From contig JASANG010000443.1 in NCBI GenBank assembly GCA_030248215.1, forward strand, positions 310,001 through 374,000: a stretch of 64,000 nt of DNA, written 5' to 3'. Position numbers and translations under genes: made by a program. Shown here piece by piece: positions 35,724 to 48,249 of this stretch (within the stretch, counting starts at the first letter, position 1; each line of letters starts with the position of its first letter). Source of the stretch: Enoplolaimus lenunculus. Lineage: Eukaryota. The notes beneath the pieces were generated by a model. That model made no database searches, had not been told where the DNA came from, and worked only from the letters and a program-made list of their open reading frames with translations.

Positions 35724-38700
35724 TGATTCTTGACGTGTTTTGCGGCTTAAAAGCGTCTTAATAATGTTTCATTCAAATTTAATTAGCTATCTCATCGCTA
35801 AGACGAACAACGAATTTGTAATTCTGATAAGAACGGGCGAAGATTGAAATCCAAGGCAAAAAATATGCCAAGATAACGTTGTATTTTGACACCCAATGAT
35901 AAAAGACCGGCCGATTGCTAATGCGTTCATGTAAATATAAAATATTTAAAATGAAATTGTTACAAAACAACGAGATAAAGTGTTAAGTCTTGAAGATCAT
36001 ATAAGTATTTAGCAGGGTGCAACTGGAGTTGACAAAAACTTGAGTTGAAACCGGATATTTAACAAATTTTGTCGGAGCCGTATCAGGGAACACTGTAAAT
36101 TATAGGGAGTTGATTTTAACTCAGAATGAGTTGAATCACTCAGTCTACGTTAGGACTATCAGAACTCAAAATTGTGAGTCGTTTCAATTTCATTCTGAGT
36201 TCATTAATCAACTCACCCTGAATCAACTCAACTCAGAGTGAGAATCAGCTTAACTGAGAATGAGCTATTAATGCTTATTGATTTTAATTCAGAAATAACT
36301 AACTCGCTCGTTGAATTGATTAATCAACTGATTGGAATTTACAGTGTACGAAGTATGTACGCATTGAGCGTAAACCGTTTGTATTTAAGTTGCTCATATC
36401 TTCTATGCTCGTCACATATGCCATTCTTCTATGAAATTAGGCTGTTCAAAGTTGACGTTTCTGACTTACTAAAAGAGTTTCTTTTAATTTGAAATCGCGA
36501 TTCTAAAATTGAATTCAATCCGCGAAACTTTACTTACCGGGTGGCGTACATAAGGAGGGTATTGAAGATATATCTTACCTTGATCTACACTGCAAAAAAA
36601 AAAATGGTAAGTCAAATTGACTCTCTCCGAAATAGGCCCTACAGGACTACATAAACTGAGTCATCACTGAGTCGCACGTTTGACTCTGGCGTTTTCGTGT
36701 TTGACACAGTTTGCGTAGTCTCGTAGAACCTATTTCGAAGAGAATCAATTTGACTCACCATTTTAGTAGTGTAACATTACTGCAATCATTGAGCAAACGC
36801 AGAGTTTTTTTAGGCTATAGAATATCCAAATAATATAAATTATTGCTCAGAACTTTTAGGTTTCAGGCTGCGCTATTGTAAGCTTTTAGGCAACTACAGG
36901 TGAATTTTGGACTGATTTTCTAGAAAACTTCTGTCTTTTAGTAAGAATCAACCTACGATCATAATAAAACGGCTTACTTTAGGCATAAATAGACGTTTTG
37001 AGCTAAGGTAAAACTCGTTTACGTCTTTATACTTCATTAGCAAACCGAAGTGAGTTTTACAGCGAACATCGCTGCAAAGGTGACAATTTTCAATAAAACT
37101 GACAACGATGAATTTTATTATATACAAATTGGCCAATGTTACTTTAAGGGACGAAACAGTAGATTAAGCGTATTCCTAAGCCTAAGCCTAATCGTTGCAA
37201 AAATGAGTTCCTAAGCGTTAGCCTAAGCAAAAAATGTAATCTAGAATCTAAACCTACTGTTTTATACACCCACCAGAAACCTGGACGCCCCTTAAAGTAA
37301 CATGGGCCAACAGATTGATCGAAGCTAATAACATAGCTATATACATTGCTTTTAGGGCTTATGCTTCTAGGGACGTTTGGTATATTTTGCGGGACATCGA
37401 CAGAATAGGTTTATAAGCTTTAGACTAATTTTGTTTGCTTAGAATCAATTTTCGACGTTTATTATTAGTCCGAGGTTTATGCTTGTAAGTAGGGCTTAAT
37501 GGTACGCCCTTCGATGTCGCATCAGGCCGTTTTATTGTTGTTTTTAGCTTGCAGAAGTTTCATTTTGCATGCAAGCTATGAACAACCTTTTATTGAAATA
37601 AGCTTCAAAACAGGTTACTTAACATTTTAATAGGCAAACAGAATCGGGTAAAATCCGTTCAGAATCGAACATTTTGCTCGTGGGTACTGCAGAATATCGG
37701 CGCTGTCCGGGTTAACGTACGGCACCGGAGGGTGCCGGACGTTTAGTATAGCGCAACCCTTAACGAACCTGACAGATGTTACGCATTGTTAGCCAGGTGG
37801 AAAAATTGGAACCACACAACGTTTGGGACATTCCGCTAAAACAAGACCATGAATTAAATTTGTTAGCCTTACACTCATAGAATTTAACTTCTGAGGGCAA
37901 AGTAGACAGGATTAGAGTTGCACGCGACCCGCGGGTAAACACGGTCGTGATGAAATTTTTTGACGTGGGCGTACCCGAGGGTAAAGAATTACAAAGCGCG
38001 ACTAATAAACGGGGGCCTGAGATTCAAAATGTTAAAAAATTCAATGCATCCTTCATTTTACTTTAAAAGTTTTGAAAGACCGGTAAACATTTGCAAGCCT
38101 CGATTGGGTTGGCGCAAAAATAAAACATTTTTGAACCATTCAAAACGTCAATATCCGTTTTTAGTTTTCGTTTCTATTATTTTTACCATACGCTTGTCGT
38201 TCACTCGTTGGTAACCAAAAAAATCAACTTCGTATGTACTCCAACAGAAAATCGACCTCTGTCTCCAGTAGAATTTTTGCTCAAAACACCAGCAATTTTC
38301 ATAAAAATCGCCTGCATGGTTGGGTTATATTTTTTTACTTAAATATAGCATTTTAACAACTTGACGTCGTTAAAATGTTTTAATCGGATTTAAAAATCTG
38401 AAACTTAATTTTGTCAAAATTTTGATTTTTAAAACCTAAAATAATGACAAAAACACGCGTTGTTTACGTGATAATCATATTTATTTTGCGAAATTTTTTG
38501 ATAGAAAAAATAGCCAAGCGTAAGGTAATTCAAATGTAGCAATTCTTTTTTCAAGAGTACCTCAAACAAGAATACGAGACACAAAAGTTATTTGGCTAAT
38601 AATTCGTTTATGTAACAAGTTTCGCTAATTTAGGCTAACAATAAGATTTAGATTTTGATAATGTAAAGATCAGGGACGGAACGTTTTTTAGTGGGATTGG

Positions 38701-41700
38701 AAAAGTGTAAGGTTAAACTTTTGGACTAATTTTTTGCTTGGCTTACGTTTACGCATAGCTTGCGCTTAGGAATATGCTCATTCTTACGCTTAGGCTTAGG
38801 CTTAGGTTAAGGCTTAGGAATATGTGTATAATACTGTTCCGGCCGTGTTCTTTACATTGGCAATACTATCAATATTTTCTTTAGCGAAACTATTCGATGT
38901 TAGCAATAGATCATGCTAGTGCAAAAATCAAAATCGTCTGATTTAAAACCATTTCTTGTACGCGCCCGTAGCAAAGAGGGGACCAGGGGGGTCAGACCCC
39001 CCGGAAAATTTAGGGCACCCCTAGAAAATTTTAAACCTTGCTTGTAACTCATTGAAAACCCTTGAATGCCCCTCCTGAAAAACTTTTTGTCCCACCCTAG
39101 CAAGATGAGCTGGCTACGTGATTTTAACTCAGAATGAATTGAATGCAATCTGAAGTCTGAGCACTGAATTTGGTCTTTCAGAACTCAGAATTCTGAATTG
39201 AATGAACTCATTCTGAGTTAATTATTTAACTCACCCGTATTTAAATCAACTCAGAGTAAATTAACGTTTAGTGTTTTTAACTCAGGTTCAACGACAAACG
39301 ACTAATTCGCTCTCTGAGCTTATTAATCAACTCATCGGAATTTGCAGTGTAATCAAACAAGCTATTGGCACTAAATTATTAATCTTTTAAGTATAAAGCA
39401 AATTTGTCTCAAAACACCAGTTTACACTGTTTTAAATTCTAGAAATTAATTTTGAATGAAATTTTAACTAAAATCTAATTGTGTATGTGAGAGTATTTGA
39501 AGTTTTTGTTTTCTATATGTCAAATGCAGATCAATTTAGGTAAAGTATAATTTGTACATTAATTAGGCAATCATTGTTCTCAGATCCCACTGAGGTGCTT
39601 TATATAACAAGGAAGGCTGATTTGAATTATCCGAATGGGTACAGGAGACGACATTACACAGACGAAAGCAAGGTGCACTATGCCGTTTGGCCGGCCAATG
39701 TTAATACTTTGAAGGGCGTAACAGTAGTAAAAGCATATTCCTAAGCCTGCCGTCTACACCGAAGTCTAGGCATCAGCGTAAATCCTTTAACTAAGCACAA
39801 GCAACAAATTAGTCTAAAGCTTAAGCTTACACAATTGCAGTGCAGTATCGGAGAAAAAATGGTTCGAACTTCATAGTGCACCCGCAAAAAATAGTGAGTG
39901 AAATGGACTTTTTCCGGGCACAACCTGAGTCAAAATTCGTCTCCGCCAGAGTCAAACTGGGTCGAGTTTGACTCTGGCGGAGTGTAATTTTGACTCAGTT
40001 TGCGTAGTTCGGAAGAGCCTATTGCGGACAAAGTCAATTTGACTCACTATTTTTTGCTGTGTATCATGGGCCATTTTGTCTCTGAATACTTGTATATTTT
40101 CAATCCCGCAAAGGATTTGAAGTTTGAGTTCAAAACCTTTGAGCTGTTTTAATACCGAATTTGGGGTCATGATTTTTACATTTTTACACTGATTCACACA
40201 TCAAAACGAGGGAGTTCAATTGTGTTTCAATTCACCCTAATACCAGAGCCTGTATTCTCAAATGTGTGTAGCACCTATCACCAGTTAGCGATAAGTCCTG
40301 GCATTCTGAGGTTCGAAATTCAGCATATCGTTCGCGTTTGATTTGCCGCAATTCTTACACCACATTTGAGATCTGCAATTGTAGATGTTCGCTAGTTTGA
40401 AAACCTATCGTTGACTGATAATAGGTGCTATACGCATTTCAGAATATGGACCTTAATATTTAGAAGCTTATAAAGTTCTCCCCTGTGGTCTGATATAAAT
40501 CTGTACCCGGCGCTTGACCCTCAAGAGTTAAACGGTGATTAAAACGAAATAGAAATGAAATGTGTAAAATCTTAATATTTTTTCAGAATTTCAAAAATTG
40601 TGAAAAATCCTAAATTGCCGTACCCGTATTCTCATGTATGGTACACTGTAAATTTCAGTGAGTTGATTTAAACTCAGAATGAGTTGAATCACTCAGTCTG
40701 AGTTAGGACTATCAGAACTCAGAATTTTGAGTTTATTCAATTCAATCTGAGTTAAGTTATCAACTCACCCATAGTCAACTCAACTGAGAGTGAGAATCAA
40801 ATCAACTCAGAGTGGGTTAATTTATACTGATTTTAATTCAGAAATAACTATTAACTCGCTAGCTGAATTGATTAATCAACTCATTGGAATTTACAGTGAT
40901 AGCACTAATCGTCAGTTAGCGATATGTTGTCAAACTGTCGAATGAGCAGACTATAAGCTTTCAAATTTAGCACATTTTTGTTGCGTTCAATTCACCCTAC
41001 GCTGTGTCAATTTTTAGATTTGCAATTGCAGGAGTTGTGTCTGGTTAAAAACCTATCATTGTAAATTATCTGTGAGTTGATTTGAACTGGACTATCAGTA
41101 CTCACAATTTTGTGTTGATGAAATTCAGTCTGAGTTAATTAATCAACTCACCCAGAATCAACTCAACTCAGAGTAAGTTAATGTTTACTAATATTAATAT
41201 AGAAATAACCAACTCGCTACCTGAATTAATTAATCAACTCACTGGAGTACAGTGAATCGCTGACGGGTGATAATTGCTATTTGAGAATACGGGCTGAGAT
41301 TAAAGGATGTTAATAACTGACAGACATCTCGGGTTTCTGTTGGGATAACGGGTTTTCGATCATTTCTTGCGAAATTTTGCAATCCTTAAAACGAACCTAA
41401 CCGATATTGAAACGTTTTGATGTTTAATTTTGCCGAAGGTGAAAAATTGCTGTTTTTGATATTGTTTGAGTGTCATTTCGCAAACGAAATACATTAAGTT
41501 TCTTGTTAAAAATTTCGACCAACAACAAAACCGTCACAGTAGTACTTAGCATATTCGTACACTGTAAATTTCAGTGAGTTGACTTTAACTCAGAATGAGT
41601 TGAATCCACTCGCAAGTCTGAGCTCTGAATTAGGTCTTTCAGAACTCACAATGCTGAATGGATCGAACTCGTTTTGAATTAATAAATACACTAGCGCAGA

Positions 41701-43689
41701 ACTAAACCAGCTCAGTGTGAGTTAATGTTGGCTGATTTTTAATTCAGAAACAGACAAAACTATCCAATTGTACCTCTGAATTCATTAATCAACTCATCGG
41801 AATTTACAGTGTAAGCCTAAGCCTAAAGCCTAAGCCTAAGCCTAAGCCTAAGCCTAATCCTAAGCCTAAGCCTAATCCTAAGCCTAAATTAGTCTAAAAA
41901 TTAGTCTAAAACTCAAGCGTACTCTATTGCAGACAGCAAAAGAACGTTCCGTTCCTGATTTTTGCATAAGCCAAAATTGGTATATGTTGAAAAAATTTCA
42001 GCTAAGCACAACCTTCATTTGAAATTATTTAAACTCACCCTTATCAGACAACCAACAGCCGTTCAGCCACAGGTGGTTACTTAAGTTGAGATTCGGTGTC
42101 AGATTTAGCAAAAATTGAGGCCGGAATCGATTTCAAAATCGACCAAATCGCAATGGGTTCGGATTTGAAATCGGTGATGTTTTTAGTTTGGTGCCATCCT
42201 CGACTGTAGCCAAGGCTTTGTGTCGACGGAGTTATACTTAAAACGAAATATTTTGCCAGAAAGAGCTTTGCCTAAAATTTTGTATGCCAGTAAGCTGATC
42301 AATAGCCAGCTCGGCTAATGTTACTTTAGAGGGCCGTAACAGTAGATTAAGCGTATTCCTAAGCCTAAGCCTAAGCGTTGCAAAAGCGTATTTCTAAGCC
42401 TAAGCCTTAGCCAAAGCAAAAATGGAGTCTAGTATGTAACGCATACTGTTTTACGGACCCTGCAGAAACAGCCATAAAAGTTACAAGGGGCGCCAGCTCG
42501 ACATCCTATTATGCGGGGTTCACGGTATAACCGGGACAGACGTTTCTACGGCTTTCGAACCGTAAAACAACCGAGGTTTGTGCTGTTATAATATTCATAA
42601 GATTTATGACTCGTACAGACGATGACTAGGGTATATTTTTTCAGGTAGACCATACTGAAATTTCCTTTCAAAGCGACGCTGAAACTTTTGCAGGACGGGG
42701 GAGCGAACAGTTTCGTTGACGAACGAATGTTCCCCCTCGTCGTGTTACCTTGAAAGCTAAATTTTCATAAAAAATTAATTTCGCCCCAACGCTAAAGGTG
42801 GCTAAAAATTGAATTTCAAAAATACCAATATCATTTGTGATAACTCAGTGTAATTATACATGCTAACAACAGAAATAACCTGCCGATTAAGACTAAAAAC
42901 TGAAAAGGTTTAAAAATAAAATTCAGTCAAAACAAACTTTATAACAGGAGACATGCTTAAAGCATCTTCTTAGCTGATTTCGCCGTATATGCGACTAAAG
43001 TTCGAATCCTGATCCGATTTAAAAGATCAATGGTGGAACGTGTTTTCTGCAGGACTGCAATAGAGTAAACTTAAACTTTATACTATTTTATGCATAAGCT
43101 TACGTTTAAACTTGTTCTTACGCTTTTACGAATATGTTTTACACTACTATTACGGCCCTGGTGTCTATATATTGGCCGAGACGTTGTAAAATAGAAAATC
43201 TTTCGGCCAAAAACGCAACACCCAGCGGTGCATTTTGTACCATGCTGAACCCCAAGAGTTGAATACTCTTGTATCATGCACACTTACTGATAGCCGTAAC
43301 GGGACAATACGGTTGTGCCTTGAACATTCATTTGTCCCAGCGGTCAACTTAGTCACCTCACAGCTCGATAGCAAAAAAGACCCCGTAATTTCTGGAGAGC
43401 GAAACTAAATCGAAACCCAGACAATTATGAATATAACAGAAACGGAAATCTAATTTTGAAGGTGAAAATGTCGCTATTATTTTACAAGTCACTCCCCATA
43501 CATCTTATTTCTTTGTTTTACAACAGAAAGCAATTTTTTTCTGACGTATAATTAAAATTCGGGCATGAAATGGTTAATATTTATAAATGTACAAAACATA
43601 TTTTTGATTATTCTGTCCGTACAATTGAGACATACAAGCGTCCATACTGGGTGGTTTTAAATTTTATAAAAACGCGGATGCACCAAAAA

Positions 43690-45240
43690 GTTTAAGATTA
43701 TGGATGAATTTTGTTATTTTAAAATTTAAGATTTTGGATGAATTTTGTTATTTTAAAGTTAAAGATTTTGGATGAATTTTGTTATTTTAAAATTTAAGAT
43801 TTTGGATGAATTGAGTTATTTTAAAGTTAAAGATTTTGGATGAATTTTGTTATTTTAAAATTTAAGATTTTGGATGAATCTTGTCAATTAATAAAAAAGT
43901 TTAAGATTTTGGATGAATTTTGTTATTTTAAAGTTAAAGATTTTGGATGAATTTTGTTATTTTAAAATTTAAGATTTTGGATGAATTGAGTTATTTTAAA
44001 ATTTAAGATTTTGGATGAATTGAGTTATTTTAAAATTTAAGGTTTTGGATGAATTTTGTTATTAAAAAATTAAGATTTTGGATAAATGTGGTTGTTTTGA
44101 AGTTAAAGATTTTGGAGAAATTTTGTCAATTAATAATAAGATTTTAATGGGCCAGATTTTGGATGAGTTTTGCTATTTTAAGGTAAAAGATTTTTGATGA
44201 ATTTTGTCAATTAATAATAAAGTTTAAGATTTTGGATGAATTTTGTTTATTTTAAATTTAAAGACTTTGGGTGAATCTTGTCAATTAATAAAAAAGTTTA
44301 AGATTTTGGATGAATTTTGTTCTTTTAAATTTAAAGATTTTGGATGAATCTTGTCAATTAATAAAAAAGTTTAAGATTTTGGATGAATTTTGTTATTTTA
44401 AATATTTTAAATTTAAAGACTTTGAATGAATTTTATCAATTAATAATAAAGTTTAAGATTTTGGATGAATTTTGTTATTTTAAATTTAAAGACTTTGGAT
44501 GAATCTTGTCAATTAATAAAAAAGTTTAAGATTTTGGATGAATTTTGTTATTTTAAATTTAAAGATTTTGGATGAATCTTGTCAATTAATAATAAAGTTT
44601 AAGATATTGGATGAATTTTGTTATTTTAAATATTTTAAATTTAAAGCCTTTGAATGAATTTTATCAATTAATAATAAAGTTTAAGATTTTGGATGAATTT
44701 TGTTTATTTTAAATTTAAAGACTTTGGATGAATCTTGTCAATTAATAAAAAAGTTTAAGATTTTGGATGAATTTTGTTATTTTAAATTTAAAGATTTTGG
44801 ATGAATCTTGTCAATTAATAATAAAGTTTAAGATTTTGGATGAATTTTGTTATTTTAAATATTTTAAATTTAAAGCCTTTGAATGAATTTTATCAATTAA
44901 TAATAAAGTTTAAGATTTTGGATGAATTTTGTTTATTTTAAATTTAAAGACTTTGGATGAATCTTGTCAATTAATAAAAAAGTTTAAGATTTTGGATGAA
45001 TTTTGTTATTTTAAATTTAAAGATTTTGGATGAATTTTGTTATTTTAAATATTTTAAATTTAAAGACTTTGAATGAATTTTATCAATTAATAATAAAGTT
45101 TAAGATTTTGGATGAATTTTGTTATTTTAAATTTAAAGACTTTGAATGAATTTTGTCAATTAATAATAAAGTTTAAGATTTTGGATGAATTTTGTCAATT
45201 CATCCAAAAAGTTTTAGAATTTGGATGAATTTTGTCATTT
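43690..45240. repeat. AT-rich ~34-36-bp satellite (AAGATTTTGGATGAATTTTGT core)
   Basis: About 1.5 kb of tandem units; alternating variants form higher-order blocks in the distal half. Confidence 0.95.
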
Positions 45241-45384
45241 TTATTGAAAATCAAACAATTTCAGAATATTTGCATTGAAGAACCGGGTAACGGTCAAACG
45301 ATTTATAACAATAAACTAAACGATCTTGAAAGTAACTTTTTAAATCTTTAAATTCTTAAATTAATTACTTTATTTTACGAAACA

Positions 45385-46577
45385 ATGGGTCTCGTCAAGT
45401 GCGCGGTATTCTGCTGTCTTCTCATTATGGCGTCTTATTGTAAGTTTATCTGCTTATCACTGTAAATTTCAGTGAGTTGGTTTTAACTCAGAATGAGTTA
45501 AATCACTCAGTCTGAGTTAGGACTATCAGAACTCAGAATTTTGAGTTGATTCAGCTCATTCTGAATTAATTAATCAACTCACCCAGAGTCAACTCAACTG
45601 ACAGTGACAATCAACTCACTCAGAGTGAATTAATGTTTATTGATATTTATTCAGAAATAACGAACTCGCTAGCTGAATTGATTAATCAACTCATTGCAAT
45701 TTACAGTGTACACTGTAAATTTTAATGAGTTGATTAATCAATTCATATACAGAGTTAGTTATCTCTGAATTAATATCAGTAAAAATTCACTCTGAAGTCT
45801 GAATTAAGTTGATTTTCATTCTGAGTTAAGTTGACTATTAGGGTGAGTTGATTAATTAACTCAGAATGAATTGAATCAAGTCAAAATTCTGAGTTATGAT
45901 AGACTTAGCTCAGACTGAGTGATTCAACTCATTCTGAGTTAAAATCAACTCATTGAAATTTACAGTGTAAACACAAACTTAATGTGAGAATGAGTTGAAT
46001 TAAATTCAGGATTATGAGTTCTGAAAGACCAAATAAACATCTCAGGCGTTAGAGTGGATCAACTCAGTCTTATTGAAAATCCACTGTAAGGAATTTACAG
46101 TGTATTAAACTCACTCGAACGGATTTAAATCCGGATTAGTTGATTAATTAATTAACTGAGAATGAGTTCAATCAATTCAGAATTCTAACTTTTCAAAGAA
46201 CTAATTTAAAGCTCAGACTTCTGAGTGGGTTCCAGTCATTCGGAGTTAAAATGACCCATGTTACTTTAAGGGGCGTTTAGGTTTCTGGTGGGTTTATAAA
46301 ACAAAAGGTTTAGATTCTAGATTATACTTTTTTGCTTAGGCTTCGGCGTAGGAACACATACTTTCAATTTTCAGGCCTTGAAACCACCGAAGGCAGTCTG
46401 CGTTTGCCAATGATGCGTCGACGCTCGGCGCCGGCCAGTCCGCTCGGCTTAGCAGTTCCGCCGGAATTTTTGTTCTCAAGAATGGGTCGAATGCGGTTAC
46501 CGGAACACAAATTGTTTTTAAACAACAACAACCGCGACAACGATGCCGATACAATGCTTGTTGAATATCTTGGTTAA
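45385..46577 (+). CDS. Putative neuropeptide precursor, 85 aa, 2 exons
   Basis: Exon 1 45385-45439 (donor GTAAGT) and exon 2 46375-46577 (acceptor TTTTCAG), matching phase 1. Protein: MGLVKCAVFCCLLIMASYCLETTEG-SLRLPMM-RRR-SAPASPLGLAVPPEFLFSRM-GR-MRLPEHKLFLNNNNRDNDADTMLVEYLG, i.e. signal peptide, tribasic site and Gly-Arg amidation/cleavage signal. Confidence 0.72.
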
Positions 46578-46659
46578 ACTGAATACGAGAAACAAAGTGA
46601 AAAGTTTTTTTAGGAAAATTTGCGAACAAATTTCAATTTTTATGGGTTACAGTTTTGGG

Positions 46660-47070
46660 CCGTAGGCTTATGCTTAGGTTTAGGATTAAGCTTTAGGTTT
46701 ATGCTAAGGCTTAGGCTTATGCTTTAGGCTTATGCTTAGGCTTAGACTTCCGCTTATGTTTAGACTTATGATTAGGCTTATGCTTTAGGTTTATGCTAAG
46801 GCTTAGGCTTATGCTTTAGGCTTATGCTTAGGCTTAGACTTACGCTTATGTTTAGACTTATGATTAGGCTTATGCTTTAGGTTTATGCTAAGGCTTAGGC
46901 TTATCTTTAGGCTTATGCTTAGGCTTAGACTTACGCTTATGTTTAGACTTATGATTAGGCTTATGCTTTAGGTTTATGCTAAGGCTTAGGCTTATCTTTA
47001 GGCTTATGCTTAGGCTTAGACTTACGCTTATGTTTAGACTTATGATTAGGCTTAGGCTTAGGCTTCGGCT
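46660..47070. repeat. Degenerate interstitial TTAGGC array with a ~91-92-bp higher-order unit (4 copies)
   Basis: Unit starts CTTTAGGTTTATGCTAAGG at 46691, 46783, 46875 and 46966; the array runs into a Merlin-like MITE end (...TTACATTGGCC, ~47114). Confidence 0.85.
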
Positions 47071-47888
47071 AAGGAATTAACTTTTAATACTGTTCCGCTC
47101 ATGTTACATTGGCCAAGTTTTGTAAAATTATTTTCTATTTGCATTCTGTTGGTTCGTTTGGTGTTTGTTCATTGAATTGTGGTCAACTGGTATACTTATA
47201 TTCAGGAATGCTTTGTTATTAACAGCCTGTCGCTAAAAACATGCCGGACTATCATGTCCTTGCAGGACATTTTCCATGCGCATATACGAAATAACGGCCA
47301 ATGTAAAGAACATTGACGCAACAGTAGTAAAAGCATTCTCCGAAGCCTATGAATTAATTTAACACCTATGCCTCAGCAAAAAATAGTCTAAAGCTTAAGA
47401 TTACTCTATTACAGTCCATCAGGAAAACGTTCCCCCTGATGTTTAGATGAGCCACAAATACGTATACATACACAGGAACCACAATGGAATTTGCTGAACC
47501 TTAAGCGATGCAAATTGTACACCAGAATGACCCAATGTGTGTTCTGAGACAAAAATCTATTATTGACCTACGCAAAAGAACAGGGGCGGAACAGTATTAT
47601 AACCATATTCCTAAACCTAAACCAAAGCCAAGCAAAAAATGAGTTTAAAGCTTAAGCTTACTCTATTGCAGTCCCACAGAAAAACGTTTCGCTCCAGAAC
47701 AGCTCAAGCGATTGTTTTATCTCCAGTTGTAATTTATATCCATGTAATTCGCCCCATAATTTGACTAATTTTGTAATGGAATGGTTTACGTTTATTGTCG
47801 CACAAAAAACGTATAATTTGAAGGTTAAACAGTCATATATTATAAATCGGGTCAAGACAGCAATCAATCCAGTGGGCGGCGGTGCTGT

Positions 47889-48249
47889 CAGGGTACAACC
47901 GGCGGTCTGCCTCCGGCTCCGGTTTCGGCAGAAAATTGGTCTCCGGCTCCGGTAGAATTTTTGCCGGAGGTTTCGACAATTTCGGTTGTCAAATTTGGCA
48001 TAATTTTGCACAATTTATCTGTTTAGCGATTTCGTTTTTACTTTTGTCACAATTTTCTGGACGAAATTTCCTAAATTTCGCAAGAAAATTAGCGTAAAAC
48101 CAAACAACTTACACAACATATTGGCAGATATTGGCTAAAGTTAACTAATTAACATCCATTTTTATTGCCTAACTTCGCCTCAGCTCCGGTTTCGGCAAGT
48201 TTCTCGTTGACCACCAGCTCCGGTATTTTTCACCTCCGGTTGCGCCCTG
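47889..48249. mobile_element. hAT-like MITE (CAGGG termini)
   Basis: CAGGGTACAACCGG...CCGGTTGCGCCCTG with flanks GGTGCTGT and GGTGCTAT (7/8 TSD). Relatives at 4534-4885 and ~14350-14439. Confidence 0.65.

Noticed and set aside
42690..42742. GC-rich hairpin GACGGGGGAGC...GTTCCCCCTCGTC
   Set aside because: Matches no ribozyme or ncRNA core I know; single occurrence.
46660..47070. True telomere or de novo telomere addition site
   Set aside because: The repeats are degenerate, interstitial and attached to MITE ends.
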